Positions 1 to 7,228 of a stretch of DNA of 24,284 nucleotides are shown piece by piece (within the stretch, counting starts at the first letter, position 1; each line of letters opens with the position of its first letter). This DNA is from a candidate division WOR-3 bacterium. GTDB taxonomy: Bacteria > Hydrothermota > Tepidihabitantia > Tepidihabitantales > Tepidihabitantaceae. The notes beneath the pieces were generated by a model. That model was not told the origin of the DNA. It saw only the letters and a program-made list of their open reading frames with translations, and ran no database searches. The DNA lies in contig CBFGIT010000036.1 of assembly GCA_965648905.1 (NCBI GenBank), forward strand, positions 1 to 24,284, written 5' to 3'. The position numbers and the translations under genes are program-made.

Positions 1-220
1 TGACTGGAGCCGGCGGTCGGCAGTGCGCGGCCGGCACCAGGCAGGCGGGCAGGCTCAATGCCGGTTCGGTCATCAGTTGCCGTTGCAGGTCGAACTGCAA
101 CCACACGAGCAGACGAGAATGCAGATGAGGCAGCAGGACGCACGGGGAACGGGTGACAAAGCTCTTTGTCGCACGACTTGTGCCTGAGTTGTCTTTGCGG
201 CCGGTCGGCCGCGAGGCAGG

Positions 221-1270
221 TCAGGCCCGGCGGCTGACTCTCAGGACTTTGGCACCGCGAATCCGGCGCTGCTTCAGTTCGGCCAGTGCCTGATTGGCCT
301 GCTCGAGCGGGTATTCCCGGACTTCGGGTTTCACAGGAATCTGCGCGGCAAGCTGCAGGAACTCGCTTACGTCCTGGCGCGTGACATTGGCCACGCTCTT
401 GACTTCTTTCTCAAGCCAGAGGTGGCGCGGGTAGTCAATGCCGAGCAGGACTGGTTTGTCTGCGTCTTCTTTGCGGATGGCGTTGACTACCAGTCTGCCG
501 CCCGGCTTGAGGCGCTCAAGCGCCGCGATAATCGGCTTCCAAACCGGAGTCGTGTCGATGATGGAGTCGAGCAGTTCGGGCGGCTCGCGGTCAGTGTCGC
601 CGGCCCAGGTTGCGCCGAGCTCAAGGGCAAACGCCTGTTCTTCCCTGCTGCGGGCGAAGACGTAGACGCGCGCGTTCGGGTACTGATGCCGCACGAGTTT
701 GAGGACGAGATGGCCTGATGCTCCGAACCCGGTCAGGCCAAGTGCCTGGCCGTTGCGCAGATTGGTCAGGCGCAGGGAGCGATAGCCGATCGCGCCGGCG
801 CAGAGCAGGGGCGCAGCGTCGGCATCAGACAAGGCCTCGGGAATCAAATGGGCAAAATCCTCAGGCACGGTCATGTATTCCGCATAGCCGCCATCGGCAT
901 CGCGGCCGGTGGCCCGGAACTCGGGACAGAGATTCTCCTGCCCGGCTCGGCAGTAGTCGCACCGGCCGCAGGCGGAGAATATCCAGGCAACTCCGACCCG
1001 GTCGCCCTGCCGCCACTGGGGACACGATTCCGCATCGTGTCCCCGGTAGTCGACAATCGTGCCGACAACTTGGTGGCCGAGGATGACCGGCAGTCTGGGC
1101 GGCGGGGTGCGACCTTCGATTTCGTCCAGCTCGGTGTGGCAGACTCCGCAGACCGAGACCCGGATGAGCAACTCGCCCGGGCCCGGCACGGGCTCGGGCA
1201 GGTCAACGAGTCTGAGTCGAGCGTCACCATCGGTGAGCGGCCCGAGGCGCTCAAGAATCATGGCTTTCAT
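221..1270 (-). CDS. Zinc-dependent alcohol dehydrogenase family protein (MDR superfamily, AdhP/CAD-like), 349 aa
   Basis: Catalytic Zn motifs CGVCHTE and GHQVVG (canonical GHE), structural Zn CGRCDYC-x7-C, LLCAGAIGYR and Rossmann GFGASG; GC-rich codon usage consistent with the window. Confidence 0.93.
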   Translation of the reverse strand: MKAMILERLGPLTDGDARLRLVDLPEPVPGPGELLIRVSVCGVCHTELDEIEGRTPPPRLPVILGHQVVGTIVDYRGHDAESCPQWRQGDRVGVAWIFSACGRCDYCRAGQENLCPEFRATGRDADGGYAEYMTVPEDFAHLIPEALSDADAAPLLCAGAIGYRSLRLTNLRNGQALGLTGFGASGHLVLKLVRHQYPNARVYVFARSREEQAFALELGATWAGDTDREPPELLDSIIDTTPVWKPIIAALERLKPGGRLVVNAIRKEDADKPVLLGIDYPRHLWLEKEVKSVANVTRQDVSEFLQLAAQIPVKPEVREYPLEQANQALAELKQRRIRGAKVLRVSRRA

Positions 1271-1279
1271 CGACCATCA

Positions 1280-1307
1280 AGAGTAGGCGGAGAACGCTCG
1301 AGTTCAA
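1280..1307 (-). promoter_or_regulatory. Putative sigma70 promoter of the adh gene (TTGAAC-N16-TACTCT)
   Basis: Minus-strand -35 at 1307-1302 and -10 at 1285-1280; ATG (1270) is 9 nt downstream, with no clear SD. Confidence 0.5.
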
Positions 1308-1326
1308 GTCCGGTCCTGATGAATCC

Positions 1327-1354
1327 TTGACTTCGTCCGCGATTCGGGCATATT
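1327..1354 (+). promoter_or_regulatory. Putative sigma70 promoter of pheS-pheT (TTGACT-N16-CATATT)
   Basis: -35 at 1327-1332 and -10 at 1349-1354 (alternative TATTGT at 1351-1356); back-to-back with the adh promoter. Confidence 0.5.
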
Positions 1355-1371
1355 GTCGGGCAGAAGACCAG

Positions 1372-2886
1372 ATGACCAGACTTCCTGAGTTGGAGTATTC
1401 AGTCCTTGCCGCGCTTGCACCGGGCGGGGACGTTCTCGTTACCGACATTGTTCAGAGGACCGGCAAGGACCAGTCGCTGGTCATGGCCGGCGCAACCATG
1501 CTCCAGCAGCGCGGCCTGGTTACCATTACCGAGTCAAGCCAGGAAGAACTCAGTCTGACCGAAGAGGGCCGGGCTGCGGCCGCAGCGTTTCCGGAGCGAA
1601 AGGCACTGGCAGCGTTGGCAGGTGCGGGCGGTGCGGTCAGCCTGGCCGAGCTGCCCGGACTCCTGAACAAGGAAGACACCCGGGCCGAGGTGAAGTGGTT
1701 GACGAAGAAAGGCTGGTGCTCGCGGGATGGTGGGGCGATTGTCTTGAGCGACAAGGGAAAGGCAGCGCTTTCGAGCAAGGGCCCGGATGAGGTGCTGGTT
1801 GAGCTGCTGGCGGACAAGGGTCCGGCCACGGAAAGTGAGCTGGTTGCTGCGGACATTGACATCAAGGCCGCCCTGGAGCTGCTTAAGGGCAGAAACGAAC
1901 TGCTGAAGCGGAAAAAGCGCACCAGCCGCCGGCTGACATTGACTGAGGAAGGCGCGAACCTGAAGGCCGCAGGCATTGAACCCGCACCGGAAATCACCCA
2001 GCTTACACCCGAGCTTCTGGTCTCGGGCAAATGGCGCGAGGTGGTCTTCAAGAAGTACGACCCGAACCTGGCAACCGCTCCGCGCTATCCGGGCAAGGAG
2101 CATCCGCTCGGCCGGGTGGTGCAGGAGATTCGCCGGGCGTTTCTGGAGATGGGCTTTGAGGAAGTGGCTTCGCCGACGATTGACACGGCGTTCTGGGTAT
2201 TCGACGCGCTGTTTCAACCTCAGGACCACCCGGCCCGGGAGATGCAGGATACGTTCTACATGGGCGAGCCGGAGCGCGGCCGTTTGCCGGCTGAGGAGCT
2301 GGTCCGGGTCGTGGGCCGCACCCATGAGGACGGCGGCGATACCGGCTCGACCGGCTGGCGGTACAAATGGGACCCGGAACTGGCCCGTCGGCTGGTGCTG
2401 CGCACGCACACGACCGCGGCGTCGATTCGCGCCCTGGCCGCGAACCCGAACCCGCCGCGCAAGGTGTTCTGCATCGGCAAGACTTTCCGCCGCGAGAACA
2501 TCGACCAGACCCATCTGCCCGAGTTCATGCAGATTGACGGGATTATCATCGACGAGCAGGCAACCTTCGCGACCCTGCTCGGCACGCTCGAAGCGTTCTA
2601 CAAGAAGATGGGCGCAGAAGAGGTGCGCTTTCGGCCGTCGTTTTTCCCTTACACCGAGCCGAGCGCCGAGGTGTTTGCCCGGATGGGCAACCTGGGCTGG
2701 GTCGAGATGTGCGGCTCGGGTGTGTTCCGGCCCGAAGTGACCGAGCCGCTGGGCTGCAGGGTGCCGGTGCTCGCCTGGGGCGGTGGAGTCGAACGGATCG
2801 CGATGATGCGGTTCGGGATTGACGACATCCGTCAGTTGTACTGGGCCGACATCGACTGGCTCAGACAGGCGCGGCTTTCGAGATGA
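1372..2886 (+). CDS. pheS: Phenylalanine--tRNA ligase alpha subunit, archaeal/eukaryotic type, about 504 aa
   Basis: Class II aaRS motifs QDHPAREMQDTF, LRTHTT, FRRENID-THLPEF, FFPYTEPS, GSGVFRPEV, AWGGGVERIAM; long N-terminal region with winged-helix-like repeats (LTEEG twice). Start placed at ATG 1372 rather than TTG 1327, which is the -35 box. Confidence 0.96.
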   Translation: MTRLPELEYSVLAALAPGGDVLVTDIVQRTGKDQSLVMAGATMLQQRGLVTITESSQEELSLTEEGRAAAAAFPERKALAALAGAGGAVSLAELPGLLNKEDTRAEVKWLTKKGWCSRDGGAIVLSDKGKAALSSKGPDEVLVELLADKGPATESELVAADIDIKAALELLKGRNELLKRKKRTSRRLTLTEEGANLKAAGIEPAPEITQLTPELLVSGKWREVVFKKYDPNLATAPRYPGKEHPLGRVVQEIRRAFLEMGFEEVASPTIDTAFWVFDALFQPQDHPAREMQDTFYMGEPERGRLPAEELVRVVGRTHEDGGDTGSTGWRYKWDPELARRLVLRTHTTAASIRALAANPNPPRKVFCIGKTFRRENIDQTHLPEFMQIDGIIIDEQATFATLLGTLEAFYKKMGAEEVRFRPSFFPYTEPSAEVFARMGNLGWVEMCGSGVFRPEVTEPLGCRVPVLAWGGGVERIAMMRFGIDDIRQLYWADIDWLRQARLSR

Positions 2887-2928
2887 GGCGCATGGCGAAC
2901 AGCGAAAGGCGAATGGCGAAAGGCGAGC
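2887..2928 (+). repeat. Six tandem degenerate heptamers (consensus GGCGAAN) filling the pheS-pheT gap
   Basis: ggcgcat ggcgaac agcgaaa ggcgaat ggcgaaa ggcgagc, read directly from the sequence. Confidence 0.85.
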
Positions 2929-2932
2929 GCCA

Positions 2933-4705
2933 GTGCCGGTAGTCAGTATCGCCACTGCGACGCTGAAGCGGCTCATCGGCCGGAGCCTGGCACGGGACGA
3001 GCTGGTCACGGCTCTGGAGCAGCTCGGCAACAACGTCGAGGGCACGGCCACGGTCAATCTCTTCCGCTGCAACCGCTGCGGCCACCTGACCGAGTCGCTC
3101 GAACACGCCGACTTCGACGGGTCGTGCACGGCGTGCGCGGGCAAGGACATTGCGCTGGTGGGGGCGAGCGAGGTCATCCGTATCAGTCTGCTGCCGGTGC
3201 GGCCCGACATGTTCGACGTTGCCGGACTGGCTCGGGCCCTGCGCGGGTACTTGGGTATCGAGACCGGGCTGCCGAGCTACCAGCTCGAACCCTCGGGACT
3301 TGCGGTCGAGGTTCGGCCCGGGCTGGAGAACATTCGGCCCTGGATTGTTGCCGCGGTTGTGCGCGGCCTCACGCTCGACGACGAGACCGTCAAAGTCATC
3401 ATGAAAATGCAGGAGAATCTGCACTGGGCCCTGGGCCGGGACCGGCGTCGGGCATCAATCGGGGTCTATGACCTTGACACGGTTGAGCCTGACTTCGAGT
3501 ACTCGGCCGTGGCGCCTGATGGGGTAAAGTTCGTGCCGCTGTTCGGGATGCCTGAGGGGATGGTCGCGGTCGCGCCGCAGCAGGTGCTTGAGCGCCACCC
3601 CAAGGGTACGGCGTACAAGCATCTGCTTGAAGGGTTCTCTGCCTATCCGCTGCTTGCCGACGCGGGCGGTCGGGTGCTCTCGATGCCGCCGATTATCAAC
3701 AGTGAGGAGACGCGCGTCACCTCGCGGACCCGGAATCTGTTTGTGGACGTGACCGGCCCGGACAAGCATGCCATCACCAAGGCACTCGCGGTCATTGCCT
3801 GCAGCCTGGCTGACCTGGGCGCAAAGGTCGAGACGGTTCAGGTTATCTATCCGGACAAGACCAGAGAGACGACGCCGAATCTCACACCGGCAACCAGAAC
3901 CATCAGTCCGGACGCGGTCAGCCGTCTGCTCGGGTTTGCGGTGCCGGACATAGTGCAGTGTCTTACGCGCATGCGCTACGACGCGACCGCGGGCGACCGA
4001 GGAGTGCGGCTTGCGGTGCCGGCGTACCGGTCTGACATCATGCACGACTGCGACATAATCGAGGATGTTGCCATCGCCTACGGCTACCACAATGTCCGTC
4101 CCCGGCTCGTACCGACGATGACCATCGGCGGACCGCAGGCGGTCGAAGAGCTCTCCTCGATCTGCCGCCGGGTGATGACCGGGCTTGGGTTCCTGGAGAC
4201 GATGACCCTGATGCTGACGAACGAGCAGGAGCATTACACGATGCTGGGGCTGCCGGTGCCGGCCTCGCGCTGCCGCGTCGGCAACCCGGCGAGCGTCGAG
4301 CAGACGATGATGCGCGGTCATCTGATGAGCGGTCAGTTGGCGACGCTCCGGGTGAACGTAACCCGCGAGATGCCGCAGTTGATATTTGAAATCGGCGACT
4401 GTTTTGACCCGGACCCTGGGGCCGAAACCGGGGTCCGTACCGAGCGCCATCTGGCCGCGTCGGTTGCCGGGCCCAAAGCCGGGTTTGCCGATGTTCGGGC
4501 CTGGTGCGAGGCTTTGGCGCGCGAGCTGGGACTGACGGTCACGTTCAAGCCGACCGAACACCCGGTGTTCATTCCCGGCCGCGTCGCCGCGGTGTGCGGT
4601 GCAGGAGACTGGGGTATCGTCGGCGAGGTCCGGCCGGCGGTGCTCGAGGCATTCGGCCTGACCCAGCCGGTTGCCATGTTCGAAGTCAAGCTGAGTTCAA
4701 TCTGA
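2933..4705 (+). CDS. pheT: Phenylalanine--tRNA ligase beta subunit, archaeal/eukaryotic short type, with zinc-ribbon insertion, about 590 aa
   Basis: Starts GTG (MPVVSI); RPDMFDVAGLARAL, B3/4 motifs QENLH...RRRASIGVYDL and VLSMPPIINSE, B5 VPAYRSDIMHDCDIIEDVAIAYGY; lacks the bacterial B2 OB fold and the C-terminal FDX-ACB domain. Confidence 0.94.
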   Translation: MPVVSIATATLKRLIGRSLARDELVTALEQLGNNVEGTATVNLFRCNRCGHLTESLEHADFDGSCTACAGKDIALVGASEVIRISLLPVRPDMFDVAGLARALRGYLGIETGLPSYQLEPSGLAVEVRPGLENIRPWIVAAVVRGLTLDDETVKVIMKMQENLHWALGRDRRRASIGVYDLDTVEPDFEYSAVAPDGVKFVPLFGMPEGMVAVAPQQVLERHPKGTAYKHLLEGFSAYPLLADAGGRVLSMPPIINSEETRVTSRTRNLFVDVTGPDKHAITKALAVIACSLADLGAKVETVQVIYPDKTRETTPNLTPATRTISPDAVSRLLGFAVPDIVQCLTRMRYDATAGDRGVRLAVPAYRSDIMHDCDIIEDVAIAYGYHNVRPRLVPTMTIGGPQAVEELSSICRRVMTGLGFLETMTLMLTNEQEHYTMLGLPVPASRCRVGNPASVEQTMMRGHLMSGQLATLRVNVTREMPQLIFEIGDCFDPDPGAETGVRTERHLAASVAGPKAGFADVRAWCEALARELGLTVTFKPTEHPVFIPGRVAAVCGAGDWGIVGEVRPAVLEAFGLTQPVAMFEVKLSSI

Positions 4706-4716
4706 ACGGGGGAGAC

Positions 4717-5394
4717 ATGCGCAAGTGTCCACATTGCGGTGAACCGGTGGAGGCCGGACAGGAGACCTGTTTCGCGTGCGGCCAGAAAGTAAGGGTGCGC
4801 GCACGCCGGGGCCGGTCACCGGTGAACGGCGTTTTGCTCGTCGTTGCCGGGGCGGTGATAGTACTGGCAGTGACGAGCCTGATTATCGTTCGGTCGCGCG
4901 CCAGCCGCATCCATGCGGCTGAGGCCCGGAAGCGCGAGCTGGCCCGGGTTCAGGACTCGGTTCGGCAGGCAAGCAAGGCGCGTGAGGATTCAATCAGCTC
5001 GATCGCGAATACCAGCAAAGAAGTGAGCGACCTGAATGCGGAAATCGGCCGCGAGGAGCAGCGGTTTAAGACGACCTATAACAGCGTAACCCAAGGCCGG
5101 CCCTCACCCGAGCAGGTTCGTCTGTCCGGCGCAGCGCAGTCGGAACTCATGCGGCTGAGGCAGCTTGTCCAGGCGCTCGGGGCAACGGTGCGTGAAACCG
5201 AGCGGCGCCAGATCCGCGCCGACATCAAGGCCGCGATGGGTCGGCTGCGCGACGTGACATCAGAACTCGGCAGCCCGCCGCGTCAGAAGAGCAGAACCAG
5301 AGGCGAGGCAAAACCAGAGGGCAAGTCCGGGGCCAAGGAGTCTTCAGGGAAGCCGCCCTCAGGCCGAAGGCCCCATCAGAAAGACGGCCGGTAG
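4717..5394 (+). CDS. Zinc-ribbon domain membrane protein (CPHC-x10-CFAC, one TM helix, coiled coil, basic low-complexity tail), 225 aa
   Basis: ATG 4717 follows GGGGGAG; MRKCPHCGEPVEAGQETCFACG; hydrophobic VLLVVAGAVIVLAVTSLIIV; 11 nt downstream of pheT. Confidence 0.8.
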   Translation: MRKCPHCGEPVEAGQETCFACGQKVRVRARRGRSPVNGVLLVVAGAVIVLAVTSLIIVRSRASRIHAAEARKRELARVQDSVRQASKAREDSISSIANTSKEVSDLNAEIGREEQRFKTTYNSVTQGRPSPEQVRLSGAAQSELMRLRQLVQALGATVRETERRQIRADIKAAMGRLRDVTSELGSPPRQKSRTRGEAKPEGKSGAKESSGKPPSGRRPHQKDGR

Positions 5395-5913
5395 CTAGAA
5401 CGGCGCGAAGCGCGCCTCATGCCAGTACGACTGCACCAGCAGGTCGTGCTGACGGCGCAGGGCCGCGGCGTGGGTCTCTTCCCAGGCAGCCAGTTCTTCG
5501 AAAAAGCGCCGGGCACGAGGCTCGGTGGCCAATCGAGCCAGCCCCTGATAACGACTGATGGTCGCATGTTCGAGAGCCAAGCCGACCGACAAAGCGGTCA
5601 TTTCCCAGTGAGCCTGGCCGATGCGGGACTTGAGTTCATCTGAGAATATCGGACTGGACCCGGACAGGTCGGCAAATCGCCGTGCCGCCAGCGGCTCGAA
5701 AGGTCGGTTCTCCAGAAGAAGCTGGTACTCGCGCCTGAGCCAGTGCTGGTGCTCGGCCTCTTCACGCGCCAGTTGTTCGAATACTTCTCGACCTCTCAGG
5801 TCACTGGTATTGCGCGAGGCGACCGAGTAGAACTCGACGCCGGTCTGCTCGGTCATGATCGCCTCTTTCAAGCCCGCAACAATCGGGCTTTCCGAATCTG
5901 CCATCATTGACAT
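5395..5913 (-). CDS. Ferritin-like / rubrerythrin-domain diiron protein without rubredoxin domain, about 172 aa
   Basis: Two helix pairs with E...ExxH ligands: AIMTE-QTGVEFY, LAREEAEH, GLALE-HATISRY, LAAWEETH. Start could be 5913, 5907 or 5904. Confidence 0.88.
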   Translation of the reverse strand: MSMMADSESPIVAGLKEAIMTEQTGVEFYSVASRNTSDLRGREVFEQLAREEAEHQHWLRREYQLLLENRPFEPLAARRFADLSGSSPIFSDELKSRIGQAHWEMTALSVGLALEHATISRYQGLARLATEPRARRFFEELAAWEETHAAALRRQHDLLVQSYWHEARFAPF

Positions 5914-5937
5914 GGTCGCGCTTCTCGGCGGAACCGA

Positions 5938-6303
5938 TTAGGCGAGCAGTTCCGCGACCTTGGCCAGCAGTTCTTCGGACTTGACCGGCTTGTGCAGGAA
6001 TGCAGCCGCGCCGGCATCGATTGCAGCCTGAACGTCCTTTTCGGTCGCCCGACCTGACAGGACGAGAATCGGGGCCTTGAACCGCTCGCTGCGCTTGAGC
6101 ATGGTGCAGAGCGCGTAGCCGTCCATGCCGGGCATAATCAGGTCAAGGATTGCCAGGTCGGGCGGGTCCTCGCGCACGGCTTTGAGCGCCTTCGGGCTGT
6201 TCTCGACCGCGGTCACCCGATAGTGAGCATTGAGAAAGAGCTTCTGCAGGTAGACCAGCGTGGAAAGGTCGTCGTCTACGACAAGAATGTGCTTTCGTTC
6301 CAC
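5938..6303 (-). CDS. Single-domain response regulator (CheY-like receiver), about 121 aa
   Basis: ILVVDDD acidic pocket, phosphoacceptor in AILDLIMPGMDG, LVLSG and FLHKP. GTG at 6303 preferred because the longer ORF overlaps the upstream gene and a promoter. Confidence 0.9.
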   Translation of the reverse strand: MERKHILVVDDDLSTLVYLQKLFLNAHYRVTAVENSPKALKAVREDPPDLAILDLIMPGMDGYALCTMLKRSERFKAPILVLSGRATEKDVQAAIDAGAAAFLHKPVKSEELLAKVAELLA

Positions 6304-6308
6304 GCCCA

Positions 6309-6336
6309 AAGATAGAGGCTTGAGCCGAGAAGTCAA
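6309..6336 (-). promoter_or_regulatory. Putative promoter of the receiver gene (TTGACT-N16-TATCTT), leaderless candidate
   Basis: -35 at 6336-6331 and -10 at 6314-6309; GTG start 5 nt downstream. Confidence 0.55.
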
Positions 6337-6340
6337 GCCT
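6316..6340 (-). terminator. Perfect 8-bp inverted repeat at the flavin reductase stop; possible terminator or operator
   Basis: AGGCTTGA(6316-6323)-N9-TCAAGCCT(6333-6340); on the minus strand it is followed by CTATCTTT. Confidence 0.4.
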
Positions 6341-6863
6341 TTCGGTGGGCACGCATCAGACACTTCTTGATCGCGCCGACGTACAGCCGATGGTAGTCCC
6401 GGGCCGGGTAGAGCTGTTCGATGGTCCTGTCCAGAAAACGGGTCGGGTCGATGTCGGTCGTGTAGAGCTTGCGGCAGACCATGACCAGCCGCGCCTGGAC
6501 AAAGCTCACGGTCCCAGCCGTCGGTGCAAACGGCGTCAGTCCTGTTTCTTCTGCCTTGTTACAGTCCCGGCCTGACTTGGTGCCGCACACCAGCAGCGCC
6601 TTGCGGTATCGCTCCATCGCAAAGAAAGAGAGCGTGAACCGGTCGGCAAGCTCCATGAACCGGAAGGTGTGACGCGTGGGCCGGACAAAGGCAAACGCCA
6701 CCGGTCGGTTCCAGAGAACCCCAAGTCCGCCCCAACTGGCGGTCATCGTATTCCACTTTCTCATTGTGCCTGCGGTCACCAGCATCCAGTCGCGGCCAAT
6801 CAACCGGAACACGTTGTCGGGCAGAGCCTCAGGTTTGACTTCTCGAAACTCTCTGTTCCTCAT
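6333..6863 (-). CDS. Flavin reductase-like FMN-binding protein (RutF/DIM6/NTAB split-barrel family), about 176 aa
   Basis: IGRDWMLVTAG, NTMTASWGGLGVLWNRP, FVRPTRHT, CGTKSGRD-NK, DYHRLYVG. Start ATG 6863; the extension to 7073 looks non-coding. Confidence 0.88.
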   Translation of the reverse strand: MRNREFREVKPEALPDNVFRLIGRDWMLVTAGTMRKWNTMTASWGGLGVLWNRPVAFAFVRPTRHTFRFMELADRFTLSFFAMERYRKALLVCGTKSGRDCNKAEETGLTPFAPTAGTVSFVQARLVMVCRKLYTTDIDPTRFLDRTIEQLYPARDYHRLYVGAIKKCLMRAHRKA

Positions 6864-6869
6864 GAAGGT

Positions 6870-6875
6870 ATTATA
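6870..6875 (-). promoter_or_regulatory. Consensus -10 box TATAAT 6 nt upstream of the flavin reductase ATG (leaderless mRNA candidate)
   Basis: Minus strand reads GCGC-TATAAT-ACCTTC-ATG; no SD and no good -35. Confidence 0.55.
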
Positions 6876-7181
6876 GCGCATACTTTGACAGATACCATAT
6901 TGTGAGGCGATGTCGCACCTGCTAACCAGTCGAAACAACGGCACATATCCTGTCGCCTCCGGTGACCTCAATTGCCGACGCATCTTATCGCACCCGGACG
7001 CAGAATCGTAAGGGCCTACAGGTGCACAACTTGGCCTCGAAACCCGAGTTGCTGGCACGGCCCGTGCAACCAAGATAGGGCTGTGCAGGTTACAAGCCAG
7101 GGGACTGGACGCATCCGGATCCGGAACTTGGGTGAGCCTAATCCGGGCAGGCTGCTTGAGTGTCTTGAGCCTGAACCAGAT

Positions 7182-7210
7182 TTGACACGGCCCGGCCCAT
7201 GTCTTAGAAT
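7182..7210 (+). promoter_or_regulatory. Near-consensus sigma70 promoter of the 8-gene envelope operon (TTGACA-N17-TAGAAT)
   Basis: -35 at 7182-7187 and -10 at 7205-7210, 18 nt before the TTG start at 7229. Confidence 0.75.
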
Positions 7211-7228
7211 AACTAGGTTAGCTTCGCC

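Noticed and set aside
2887..2928. CRISPR array or T-box/attenuator near pheST
   Set aside because: The repeats are 7-nt units without spacers, and the roughly 100-nt region upstream of pheS is filled by two promoters, leaving no room for a T-box or leader peptide.
2819..2932. N-terminal extension of PheT in the ORF track
   Set aside because: Overlaps pheS and the heptamer repeat; the family-like N-terminus MPVVSI starts at GTG 2933.
1534..4561. Long antisense ORFs (1534-3210, 558 aa; 3455-4561, 368 aa) and similar shadows opposite other genes
   Set aside because: They mirror well-supported sense genes, have no recognisable motifs, and long antisense ORFs are expected in high-GC coding DNA.
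4504..4716. N-terminal extension of the zinc-ribbon protein
   Set aside because: Overlaps pheT; an SD-preceded ATG at 4717 starts the zinc ribbon.
6864..7073. 70-aa N-terminal extension of the flavin reductase
   Set aside because: Non-family sequence that runs through a perfect -10 box.
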